Shown here piece by piece: positions 9,979 through 18,676 of a stretch of 64,000 nucleotides of DNA. Under the pieces are notes generated by a model. The model searched no databases. It was not told the DNA's origin and was given only the letters and a program-made list of their open reading frames with translations. The stretch is taken from NCBI GenBank assembly GCA_963737065.1, contig CAVTRC010000002.1, positions 224,001 to 288,000 on the forward strand, in the 5' to 3' direction. A program made the position numbers and the translations under genes. Source of the stretch: Candidatus Eremiobacteria bacterium. GTDB lineage: Bacteria > Vulcanimicrobiota > Vulcanimicrobiia > Vulcanimicrobiales > Vulcanimicrobiaceae. Positions within the stretch are counted from its first letter, which is position 1; each line of letters starts with the position of its first letter.

Positions 9979-10644
9979 ATGCTGAAATCATTCTTTACGA
10001 AATCGAGTGGTATCCCGCTCTCGCAGCTTCCGCTGCTTCATTCGTTTGTCGATGTCATCGCGGGCGGTCGTCCCGTCCGTCAAGTAACGGTCGAAGCCGT
10101 GGGCCCAAAAGGCATCGTCACCCGCGAAACGCTCGGCACAGCCGGCGAGTCGGCCGTCATCGTATATCAGGCGCAGGACGGACGCTTCCGCGCGCAGACG
10201 AAGATCACGTCTACGGGAAACGCGACGACCACGTTCGAGACACCGCGTAAAGTGAGCCTCATCGGCGCCGCAAGCGGCGTGCAAAAACGCCGGAGCGTTC
10301 GCCTCGACGCGACCGTCGCCGGGCACTGGCGCTTCGCGCCCATGGGCGTCGGCAGCGGAGAGTGGTCGAAATGCAGCCTCCGCGACATCAGTCGCGGCGG
10401 CTGTTCGCTTATCATCGATCGCGCGTTGAAAAATTACACTCGCGTCGAGGTGAAGATGCAGCTGCGCACGGATGGTGAAGCATTGGCGCTCCTCGGCGAA
10501 GTGATGCGCCACGCGGTGATTGCGTCGTCCGGCAAACACTGCCACGGCCTGCGTTTCCAAGCGATCCGCCCGGACGAAGATCAGGCGATCGTCGAGTTTA
10601 TCAATCGCCGCCAGGCAGACTTACGCAACCGCGGTCTGGCTTAA
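9979..10644 (+). CDS. PilZ-domain c-di-GMP receptor (YcgR/flagellar-brake-like)
   Basis: QKRRSVR (RxxxR) and DISRGG (DxSxxG) motifs in the C-terminal half; N-terminal split-barrel-like region; flagellar context. Confidence 0.85.
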   Translation: MLKSFFTKSSGIPLSQLPLLHSFVDVIAGGRPVRQVTVEAVGPKGIVTRETLGTAGESAVIVYQAQDGRFRAQTKITSTGNATTTFETPRKVSLIGAASGVQKRRSVRLDATVAGHWRFAPMGVGSGEWSKCSLRDISRGGCSLIIDRALKNYTRVEVKMQLRTDGEALALLGEVMRHAVIASSGKHCHGLRFQAIRPDEDQAIVEFINRRQADLRNRGLA

Positions 10645-10655
10645 CCGTCGTTCCA

Positions 10656-10683
10656 TAAAGAAGCGCTTTCCTTTGGCCGATGG
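10656..10683 (+). promoter_or_regulatory. Putative sigma28 (FliA/SigD) promoter for cheY-cheC
   Basis: TAAA(10656-10659)-N16-GCCGATGG(10676-10683) versus consensus TAAA-N15/16-GCCGATAA. Confidence 0.6.
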
Positions 10684-10750
10684 TCTTCAAAGGATGGCGT
10701 GAGGCGCGTTTGTGCCTTTCCGCATTTGCACTTCGTCTTGGGAGCTACGG

Positions 10751-11113
10751 ATGAGCAAGAGAGTCCTCATCGTCGACGATGCCGTCGTCATGCGGATGAT
10801 GATCAAAGGGATCCTGTCTAAGAACGGCTTTGATGTCGTCGGAGAGGCTCAAAACGGTGTTGAGGCGGTTGAGAAGTACAAGCATCTCCAGCCGGACCTC
10901 GTGACGATGGACATGGTCATGCCCGAAATGGACGGCATCGCGGCCGTCAAGCAAATCGTTGCATCGGATCCCAGCGCGAAGATTATCATGTGCACCTCGA
11001 TGGGCCAGCAGGCATTGGTCGTCGAGGCGATTCAAGCCGGCGCGAAATCGTTCATCACAAAACCGTTTCAGCCGCCAAAAATTCTCGAAACGATTCAGAA
11101 AGTGCTGTCATGA
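10751..11113 (+). CDS. cheY: Chemotaxis response regulator CheY (Bacillus/Thermotoga type)
   Basis: VLIVDDA, PDLVTMD.VMPEMDG, MCTSMGQQ, FITKPF; ATG 10751 after GGAG. Confidence 0.93.
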   Translation: MSKRVLIVDDAVVMRMMIKGILSKNGFDVVGEAQNGVEAVEKYKHLQPDLVTMDMVMPEMDGIAAVKQIVASDPSAKIIMCTSMGQQALVVEAIQAGAKSFITKPFQPPKILETIQKVLS

Positions 11114-11718
11114 GCGCGAGCATGCAACTCAACGATCTGCAAAAGGACGCGCTCAAGGAAGTGGGCAACATCGGCGCGGGCCATGCAGCTACGGCGCTGT
11201 CGCAACTGCTCAATACGAAGATCAACTTGAGCGAACCGCGCATCGATGTGATCAAGTTCCGCGATCTCGCATCGCGCGTCGGTCATGAAAACCGCACGGT
11301 CGCGGCGCTCCACATGTACGTCCGCGGCGAAGCACCGGGTCAGATGGTGGTGCTGTTCGACCGCGAACAGGCGCTCGATTTCGTCAGCCAGTTCTTGCAT
11401 CGCGTGATCGGCGACATACAGATCTTCGATTCGATCGCCGATTCGACGTTGAAAGAACTCGGCAACATCATCGCCGGGTCGTATCTGACGGCGATCATTC
11501 AGTTGACCGGATCGAATCTGTTGCCGTCGGTTCCGACGCTTTCATACGGGACGGTGCAGGCCGCGTTTCGCACCCTGATGTCGATTCTTCCCGATCAAGA
11601 CGTATTCTTGATCGAGTCGGCTTTCTTGGATAAAGAAAAGGAAGTCGCCGGACAGTTCATTCTGATCCCGGAGACTGGATCGCTCGGGCCGCTGCTCTCC
11701 GTCTTCGGCGTCGAGTAA
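11110..11718 (+). CDS. cheC: CheY-P phosphatase CheC
   Basis: DALKEVGNIGAGHAATALSQL and second site KELGNI; ATGA overlap with cheY stop. Confidence 0.93.
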   Translation: MSASMQLNDLQKDALKEVGNIGAGHAATALSQLLNTKINLSEPRIDVIKFRDLASRVGHENRTVAALHMYVRGEAPGQMVVLFDREQALDFVSQFLHRVIGDIQIFDSIADSTLKELGNIIAGSYLTAIIQLTGSNLLPSVPTLSYGTVQAAFRTLMSILPDQDVFLIESAFLDKEKEVAGQFILIPETGSLGPLLSVFGVE

Positions 11719-11766
11719 CGCTCGCGCCGCGTTTATGGCCGGTCGAGACGCGTTGGTTCGGGGGCC

Positions 11767-11797
11767 GCGCAAAAACCACATCGTGTGGTTTTTGCGC
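11767..11797. repeat. Perfect 14-bp inverted repeat in cheC-cheA intergenic region
   Basis: GCGCAAAAACCACA-tcg-TGTGGTTTTTGCGC. Confidence 0.9.
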
Positions 11798-11990
11798 TTA
11801 CGTGATTTTTGCGCAGAACGACCGCCGATGCGTCAAAGCACGACGCGGTCCCGATGGGACAAGGCTAACGACGACATGTTCATTAGGCGCGCCCTAGGGG
11901 AATCAATGCCGGCGATGGTGCTTTTGCGCGCCATGGTTTGGGGGCCCCACGAAGTGGGGGGCGCGCAGCCTGGGGCGGAGCGCCTTTGAA

Positions 11991-13943
11991 ATGTCGGACG
12001 AGCTGTTTAATCGCGAGGAGTTCATCTCGTACTTCCGGGATGAGGCGGACGAGTTACTGCAGCAGATCGATGCGGATTTGTTGCGGCTTGAAGAGGGCGT
12101 GAATTCGGGTTCGACCGATCCCGAGATCATCAATTCGCTGTTTCGTGCACTGCATACCGTGAAGGGGTCTTCCGGTATGCTCGGCTTTGTTGACGTTCAG
12201 GGGCTCGCGCACAAGCTGGAAAATTTGTGCGATCTGCTTCGGAGAGACCGGATGCCGCTCTCCGAGAGTGCGGTCGACATTCTTTTTACGGGTCGTGATT
12301 TACTCACGGGGCTCGTGCAGGCGGCGATTGGACAAGAACAAGCGCCGGAGGGCGTTGTCGAGTACATCGACAAGCTCGATACCTTTACGTCGATTTACGA
12401 AGAGACGTCGCACGTCATCGATGGGCGAACCGGTCCGGAAGAGTCCTTTGACGAGGCGGCAGCGCACGAGGAACAGGCAACTGCGACGGACGTGGCGGCC
12501 TTCGAGGCGGAAGTAGAGCGCCTGTTGGCGCAAGCGCATTTGGCGAATGGCGCTGCACCGAGCGCGTCCGCAGAACCGCTTGCGGTTCCGGCTTTCGAAC
12601 GGCCGAATGCGGCTGCGGCTCCGGCTCAAATGCCTGCCGTGCCGGCGCCTGCGCAAAAAGCGGCTGCGAACGGCGATCACAAGCGCTCGTCGATTCATCA
12701 GACGATTCGTGTCGATATCGAACGTCTCGATGCGCTCTTGAATCTCGTTGGCGAGCTCGTAATCAATCGCACGCGTATTTCGGATATCGCCAATACGCTC
12801 GAGCGATTGATGAACGATAGATCTAGCGCTGCAGGAGGCGGCGCTCAAGCTATTATCGCGCCCCTTGCGAAGGAACTCGCTGATTCAGCGGCGTTGCTCG
12901 CGCGCACGACGAACGAAATTCAAGAGTCGATCATGAAGGTGCGCATGGTGCCGATCGGTCAAGTCTTCGACCGGTTTCCGCGCCTCGTGCGCGACGTGGC
13001 GAAGGCGCGCGGCAAGGAAGTGCAACTCGTGATCTCCGGCGCGGAAACGGATCTCGACAAGACGATCGTCGATGAAGTCGGCGAGCCGCTCATGCATCTG
13101 CTGCGCAACAACGTCGATCACGGCATCGAAGCACCCGACGAACGGGAACGTCTGGGCAAACCACGAGCCGGCACGATATCGCTCAATGCCTATCACGAAG
13201 GCAATCAGATCATCATCGAAGTGGCCGACGACGGCGGCGGAATCAACCTTGAAAAAGTGCGCGCGCGCGGCGTGAAACAAGGACTCATTTCCGGCGACGA
13301 CCGGTTGACCGATCGGGAAATCGTCGACCTGATCTTCACGCCGGGCTTTTCCACCGCCGACGTGGTGTCCGACGTCAGCGGACGCGGCGTGGGAATGGAT
13401 GTAGTCAAGCGGAACATCTCGCGCCTAAAAGGCGTCTTCGACGTCGAAACGGCCGCAGGTCAAGGGACACGCTTCACGATCAAGCTTCCGCTGACGCTTG
13501 CAATCATACAGGCGCTGCTTGTGCGCGTCGCCGACGAGCTCTACGCGATTCCGCTCGATTCCGTGATCGAATCGCAGCGCGTGGAAATGGCCGACGTGCG
13601 TACGGTACATCGCAACGAAGTCATCACGCTGCGCGGACAAGTCGTGCCGCTCGTGCGAATTGCGGAACTGTTCGAACTGGGCGGGCGGCGCGATCCGGAC
13701 AAGGTGATGATCGTGATCGTTGGCTTGCAAGGACGCCAAGTCGGGCTCGTCGTCGACTCGTTTGAAGGCGAACAAGAGATCGTCATCAAGCCGCTCTCGG
13801 ACGTCGTCGGTCGCATTCCCGGCATCTCGGGTGCGACGATCCTCGGCAACGGTTCGATTTCGCTCATCATCGACGTTCATTCGCTCGTTAGTGAAGCTCA
13901 CGTCGGCGGCAAGGTCGCGCGCGTGGAGTTTTCGGGAGTTTAG
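11991..13943 (+). CDS. cheA: Chemotaxis histidine kinase CheA
   Basis: Hpt FRALHTVKG, dimerisation TIRVDIERLD.L.NLVGELVI, HLLRN.VDHGIE, DDGGG, SGRGVGMDVV, C-terminal CheW domain. Confidence 0.97.
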   Translation: MSDELFNREEFISYFRDEADELLQQIDADLLRLEEGVNSGSTDPEIINSLFRALHTVKGSSGMLGFVDVQGLAHKLENLCDLLRRDRMPLSESAVDILFTGRDLLTGLVQAAIGQEQAPEGVVEYIDKLDTFTSIYEETSHVIDGRTGPEESFDEAAAHEEQATATDVAAFEAEVERLLAQAHLANGAAPSASAEPLAVPAFERPNAAAAPAQMPAVPAPAQKAAANGDHKRSSIHQTIRVDIERLDALLNLVGELVINRTRISDIANTLERLMNDRSSAAGGGAQAIIAPLAKELADSAALLARTTNEIQESIMKVRMVPIGQVFDRFPRLVRDVAKARGKEVQLVISGAETDLDKTIVDEVGEPLMHLLRNNVDHGIEAPDERERLGKPRAGTISLNAYHEGNQIIIEVADDGGGINLEKVRARGVKQGLISGDDRLTDREIVDLIFTPGFSTADVVSDVSGRGVGMDVVKRNISRLKGVFDVETAAGQGTRFTIKLPLTLAIIQALLVRVADELYAIPLDSVIESQRVEMADVRTVHRNEVITLRGQVVPLVRIAELFELGGRRDPDKVMIVIVGLQGRQVGLVVDSFEGEQEIVIKPLSDVVGRIPGISGATILGNGSISLIIDVHSLVSEAHVGGKVARVEFSGV

Positions 13944-13949
13944 TCAGCC

Positions 13950-14462
13950 ATGGCAGACGTCAAACAGGAGAACAAACAGCAGCTCTCCGGCGAAGTGCTC
14001 CAAGTCGTCTCGTTCAAGGTCGCGACCGAAGAGTACGGCGTTGACATTTCGCAAGTTCAAGAAATCATTCGTATGGTGGAGATCACGCACGTCCCGCGCG
14101 CGCCGCATTTCATGGAAGGCGTGATCAACCTGCGCGGCCAGTTGATTCCCATTATCGACCTGCGCACGCGCTTCGGCATGGCACGCATCGACGCAACGAA
14201 GAGCACGCGCATCGTCGTTACCGAGATCGGTAGCAAGCGGATCGGCATGGTCGTCGACAGCGTAAGCGAAGTCCTCAACCTCCCGATGGAAAACGTCGAG
14301 GACGCGCCGGAGATGATTGCCGGAGTCGGCACCGAGTACATCCAAGGGGTCGGGAAGATGGGCGAGCGGCTCATCATCATGCTCGACTTGACGATGGTCA
14401 TTTCGGGCGACGAGAAGCGCCAGCTCGAGCATGCCGGCGACCAAGCCGCAGTCGCCGTTTAA
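13950..14462 (+). CDS. cheW: Chemotaxis adaptor CheW
   Basis: VQEII...IT.VP.AP...EGVINLRG...P.IDLR.RF. Confidence 0.96.
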   Translation: MADVKQENKQQLSGEVLQVVSFKVATEEYGVDISQVQEIIRMVEITHVPRAPHFMEGVINLRGQLIPIIDLRTRFGMARIDATKSTRIVVTEIGSKRIGMVVDSVSEVLNLPMENVEDAPEMIAGVGTEYIQGVGKMGERLIIMLDLTMVISGDEKRQLEHAGDQAAVAV

Positions 14463-14463
14463 C

Positions 14464-14526
14464 CTCTTAAATTATTAGTTGACAACTATCGGACCTAATG
14501 CTATCGTACTCTTAAAGAATTAGGAG
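14464..14526 (+). promoter_or_regulatory. Sigma70 promoter of blaI-like operon flanked by two operator dyads
   Basis: TTGACA(14479-84)-N17-TATCGT(14502-07) with extended TG; dyads CTCTTAA-N4-TTAGTTG (14464-81) and CTCTTAA-N4-TTAGGAG (14509-26). Confidence 0.75.
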
Positions 14527-14540
14527 CGAGGTAGCATAGA

Positions 14541-14924
14541 TTGGCCCGAAAGAAGAGTCCGACCCTCACCGAAGGCGAGCTGCGCATCATGGAAGTGCTG
14601 TGGCGCCTTGGACGGGGGACCGTCGCTGAAGTCTCAGAAGCAATGCCGCCGCCGCCGGTGGCCTACAATACCGTTCTCACGACGCTACGGATCCTCGAAC
14701 AGAAGGGCCACGTCGCCCATGAGGAAGCGGGTCGTGCCTACATGTACTACCCGCTGATTGCGCGCGAAGCCGCCGCGCAGTCGGCCGTCAAACAAGTTGT
14801 TTCAAAATTTTTTGGAAACAATGCGGGCGCGTTAGCGCTACGTTTAATTGAGAACGAACGGCCGTCGGACGACGAACTCGACCGTTTGCGCTCGTTGATC
14901 GAACGGTACGACGAAGGGAAGTAA
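14541..14924 (+). CDS. BlaI/MecI/CopY family transcriptional repressor
   Basis: LTEGELRIMEVLW, AYNTVLT.L.ILE.KG, GRAY.Y.P, FFG; upstream of an M56 peptidase. Confidence 0.93.
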   Translation: MARKKSPTLTEGELRIMEVLWRLGRGTVAEVSEAMPPPPVAYNTVLTTLRILEQKGHVAHEEAGRAYMYYPLIAREAAAQSAVKQVVSKFFGNNAGALALRLIENERPSDDELDRLRSLIERYDEGK

Positions 14925-14927
14925 CGC

Positions 14928-16967
14928 ATGGCTCACCTCGAGCTGCTCGGGCCTGTAGCGCGGATCGGACTAGCGATTCTCCTCAACGGCCTGTGGCAAG
15001 GCGCGCTCATCGCGTTGCTGACATGGGTCGCACTCTATGTTTTTCGCAGTGCGAATGCGACAACGCGATATGCGGTATGGTCGCTCGCCCTATTGGCGAT
15101 CTTCATCGTCCCCGTTGTCACGAGCCTCTCGCGCGTCAGTGTGGAAACTCCGCCGGTAACGACGCACGCAACGAGCGGCGCATCAACGACAACTGCGCAA
15201 GCTGCACGCGTCGCGCGCACCGTCAGCGCGGCACCCGAGACGCGCGTTGCGCCCGTTGCAGCACCGGCGGCAGCGCCGCACGTCGCCGTGCCGTCATTCC
15301 GCTTGCGCGTTCCCGGGCTCGTTGCCCCCGTACTCTTCGCTTTGTGGGGAGTCGCGACGCTCGTCATTATCGTTCGGTTGATCGTCGCGTTTGTGGCACT
15401 CGAACGGCTCAAGCACGATTCACTGCCGCTTTCCGTGCAGTATCGCGACTCAATGCCGCGATGGATGAACGCCCTCAAAGGATCGCGCGACGTGCGGATC
15501 TGCGTTTCCGATGCCATTGAAGTGCCGATCGCGGTCGGACTCTTCGACTCGATGGTGCTCCTGCCGTCGCACCTCGTACACTCGCTCGAGCCGTCGGAGA
15601 TCGATCAAATCAGCCTGCACGAACTCGGGCATTTGCTGCGCGGCGACGATTGGACGAATGCGATTCAACGCATTGCATCCGCGCTCTTGTTTTTCAATCC
15701 CGCGGTGTGGTTTATCTCGCGCCAAATGGACGTGGAACGCGAAGTCGCGTGCGACGACTATGTGCTGCAGTTGACCGGGCAAGTCCGTCCGTATGCGTTC
15801 TGTTTGACGAAGATGGCGGAAATGACCGCCTGGCCGCACCGGCCGATGCCCGCGCCGGGTGTCTTCGCAACGCGCAAGAACATTTCGATTCGCATCGAGC
15901 GCTTGTTGCGCACGGGACGCGCGATCGGCTCGAGCATTGCGCCGAGCGTTGCGGGGAGTTTCGTCGCGGTGCTCGTGGCGGTGTTTATCGTGCTGCGGCT
16001 CATGACGCCGAGCATCGCGTTTACCGCACCCGCCGCGCCCGACCCCGCAGCCTCACCGTCGCCGGTGCGGCCGATGGCGAAGGTTGCTGCTCCGCGAAAG
16101 ATTGCGGTGAAAGTCGAGGCGCCCCGTACCGCGTCCACGACCGCGCCCGTGACAACGGTTGCGCGGGTACAAGCGTTGCCGGCGCCCGTGCAGGCGACGC
16201 CTGCGCCGGCCGCTCCGGTGCATCGCACGACGCACAAGATGCCGCAGATCGCGACGCTGCCGCACATGATCGCGAGGGTTCAGAGCAGCATTCCCAGTTC
16301 GGGAACGCTTGCCGCAAGCGTGCAGAACGCCCTAAGCAACGCCGGCGTTGCGGGATCGCACGCAAAGAACAGCGCCGGATGCACCGGCTGCAACTTCTCC
16401 GATGCAAATCTGGCGGGACGTGACTTCTCGAATCGTTCGATGGAAGGCGCGAACTTCAAGAGTGCAAATCTCGAAGGCGCGCGGTTCGATCACGCGCAGC
16501 TCACAGGCGCGAACTTCGACGGTGCCGATCTTCGGAACGCCTCGTTCCGCGGCGCCGAGCTGCAAGGTTGTAACATGCGCGCTACTCGTCTCGAAGGCGC
16601 GAACTTCGACGGCGCGCACTTGACCGGTTGCAATATCGATGTGAGCAAATTGGCACCGACGCAGGCACGCACCGTCCTCAACAGTTGCGAAGGCTGCAAC
16701 TTTGCTCACGTTAATCTCTACGGCATGGATCTGCACGGCATTCACGTCACCGGCGTCAATTTCGCCGGCGCCGATTTGCGCAACACGAATCTCTCCGCCG
16801 CAGATCTCACCGGGGCCAATCTCGCCGGTGCGAAACTTGCCGGCGCCAACCTCTACAACGCCGACCTCACCGGCTGCAACCTCCACGGCGCCGATCTGCG
16901 CGGCGTCGACCTGTCGCACACGTCGCTCACCGGCGCGAACATGGGCGACGCGATCTGGAAAGACTGA
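14928..16967 (+). CDS. M56 (BlaR1/MecR1-like) membrane metallopeptidase with C-terminal pentapeptide-repeat domain
   Basis: LWQG...A..RYAVW, HELGH zinc motif, FFNPAVW...EREVACDD, RIERLL; TM helix, Pro/Ala linker, then (A/S)(D/N)(L/F)xx repeats. Confidence 0.9.
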   Translation: MAHLELLGPVARIGLAILLNGLWQGALIALLTWVALYVFRSANATTRYAVWSLALLAIFIVPVVTSLSRVSVETPPVTTHATSGASTTTAQAARVARTVSAAPETRVAPVAAPAAAPHVAVPSFRLRVPGLVAPVLFALWGVATLVIIVRLIVAFVALERLKHDSLPLSVQYRDSMPRWMNALKGSRDVRICVSDAIEVPIAVGLFDSMVLLPSHLVHSLEPSEIDQISLHELGHLLRGDDWTNAIQRIASALLFFNPAVWFISRQMDVEREVACDDYVLQLTGQVRPYAFCLTKMAEMTAWPHRPMPAPGVFATRKNISIRIERLLRTGRAIGSSIAPSVAGSFVAVLVAVFIVLRLMTPSIAFTAPAAPDPAASPSPVRPMAKVAAPRKIAVKVEAPRTASTTAPVTTVARVQALPAPVQATPAPAAPVHRTTHKMPQIATLPHMIARVQSSIPSSGTLAASVQNALSNAGVAGSHAKNSAGCTGCNFSDANLAGRDFSNRSMEGANFKSANLEGARFDHAQLTGANFDGADLRNASFRGAELQGCNMRATRLEGANFDGAHLTGCNIDVSKLAPTQARTVLNSCEGCNFAHVNLYGMDLHGIHVTGVNFAGADLRNTNLSAADLTGANLAGAKLAGANLYNADLTGCNLHGADLRGVDLSHTSLTGANMGDAIWKD

Positions 16968-16984
16968 AGCGAGGAGCAAAACCG

Positions 16985-17773
16985 ATGAAACATCTTGCGC
17001 TTGCGCTTTGCGCGCTGGCTTTGTTATCGTACGCGCTCACCGGCGCCGTCCAGGCGAAACCCACGAACTGCATGGGCTGCAATTTCGCAAGCGCCGATCT
17101 GCAAGGACGCGACTTTTCGAACGTCGACTACGTCGGCGCGAACTTCACCGGCGCGAACCTTCGCAACGCAAACTTCAGCGGCTCCAACCTCACCGGCGCG
17201 AACTTCCGCGATGCCGACTTACGCGGAATAAACTTCACGAACGTCGACTGCACGGGTTGTGCCTTTGGCGGCGCGCGCTTGAGCGGTGCGCAATTCAAAG
17301 GGGCGCGATTGACCGGCGCAAATCTGAGCGGTGCGCTCCAAGGACTCAGCGATCAGGAATTGCGTGACATCCTCAACAACTGCACCGGTTGCAACCTGCG
17401 AGGCGCGCAATTGCGCGGGCACGACCTTTCAAACATCGAGGTGACCGGCGCAAATATGGAGGATGTCGATGCATCTTCTGCGCGGTTCACGAATGCACGG
17501 CTCATCGGCGCGAATTTTCGGGATGCGAACTTGCGCAATGCCGATTTTACCAACGCCGCGCTCTGCTGGCACAATACGTTCAACAGCGGCGGAACGGTGG
17601 CCAGGCGCGAGACCGAATGCGTGCGTCTTTCCGGCGCCGACGTACACGGCGCAAAATTTACCGGCGTCCGTCTCTGCGACAGCGATCGCGGTTCGTGGAC
17701 GTGTACTCCCGCCGACGCGTCGACGATTCGCCGGTACAGCGACTCATCGCTCGACGGAGCGGTTCTACAGTAA
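16985..17773 (+). CDS. Secreted pentapeptide-repeat protein
   Basis: Signal peptide (..AVQA), A(D/N)(L/F)xx repeats with CxGC caps; GAGGAG RBS. Confidence 0.88.
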   Translation: MKHLALALCALALLSYALTGAVQAKPTNCMGCNFASADLQGRDFSNVDYVGANFTGANLRNANFSGSNLTGANFRDADLRGINFTNVDCTGCAFGGARLSGAQFKGARLTGANLSGALQGLSDQELRDILNNCTGCNLRGAQLRGHDLSNIEVTGANMEDVDASSARFTNARLIGANFRDANLRNADFTNAALCWHNTFNSGGTVARRETECVRLSGADVHGAKFTGVRLCDSDRGSWTCTPADASTIRRYSDSSLDGAVLQ

Positions 17774-17815
17774 CATGCAGGCGCGGTCTTGCGTTCACGT
17801 AATAGAATGCAGACC

Positions 17816-18676
17816 ATGCGCACTCCCCTCGCGGCGGCACTCATAGGTGCCTTCCTCGCTTGTATTGCTGCCGCTCCGGCGGCCCCGAAACCGTCTCCTT
17901 CACCCGCGCCTACGCGAACCGCTCCGCCGGAGATCTACCATACGGTCGTGCATCCGGTATGCAGCGCGCTTGCGGCGAAGATTCGTCCTGCGATTGGAAT
18001 GCTACTCGAAAACGATCAAATCATCGGCAAGAGCCCGGGGATGTTCAAAGAGTACGGCATGGCGCAATTCAACCAGAGCGACGCGCAAAAGAGCATGACC
18101 GTTTTGCACATGGAAAACTTGGTCACGCCGCTTGCCAACAACGTCCTCGCGATTCAAAAAATGCTCGAAGATCCGTCGGTCTTCCCGCCGAAGGCGCGCG
18201 ATCAGGAAGATCAGCGCACGTTGGATCTCAAGAACAAGCTGCTCCAGTCGCTTGCCGACCAGCAAGCTGCACTCGACATCATCAACGGGTTCGTCGAAAC
18301 CCAGCAATTGGCCGACATGCAGCACGAAGGTTTCGGCTACATCTATGCGATTGCCGGCCGCGAGCAAAGGACGAACACGGGCGGCGTGGATCCGCTGCAC
18401 AACATCTCCCCGACGGCCGATCCGCTTCATCCGCAACCGTTCGACGATACCGTGATCAACGCGGGCTTGCCGACGAATCCGTACGAAATCGATCTCACGC
18501 GCGTCCCGGGATTGACACTCGGCTACAATCCGGTGAAGGATTTGCAACAGGCCGTCGAGTGGGCGCAAAGCGACGGTCAGAAACATGAAGACACCCTTGC
18601 AAAGACGGTCGTGCAAACCGTGAAATTGTGCGGCGGTCAAACAGGCGCAGGCGCTTCTCCGTCCCCGAAACCGTAA
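17816..18676 (+). CDS. Hypothetical secreted protein
   Basis: Signal peptide, PSPSPAPT linker, helical body with two distant Cys; TAGAAT 7 nt before ATG 17816. Confidence 0.7.
   Translation: MRTPLAAALIGAFLACIAAAPAAPKPSPSPAPTRTAPPEIYHTVVHPVCSALAAKIRPAIGMLLENDQIIGKSPGMFKEYGMAQFNQSDAQKSMTVLHMENLVTPLANNVLAIQKMLEDPSVFPPKARDQEDQRTLDLKNKLLQSLADQQAALDIINGFVETQQLADMQHEGFGYIYAIAGREQRTNTGGVDPLHNISPTADPLHPQPFDDTVINAGLPTNPYEIDLTRVPGLTLGYNPVKDLQQAVEWAQSDGQKHEDTLAKTVVQTVKLCGGQTGAGASPSPKP

Noticed and set aside
11800..11900. c-di-GMP-I riboswitch or sigma28/sigma54 promoter before cheA
   Set aside because: No GGCAAAC..GAAA..GACGCAAAGC arrangement; CCGAT and GG/GC elements have the wrong spacing
16380..17400. 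CxxC motifs as heme c sites
   Set aside because: They are CxGCN/CxGCA, not CxxCH; such caps are common in pentapeptide proteins
16380..17570. Recurring ACCGGCGCGAACTTC-like DNA as a CRISPR or tandem array
   Set aside because: It encodes pentapeptide repeats, with degenerate third positions and no repeat-spacer pattern; no cas genes in the window
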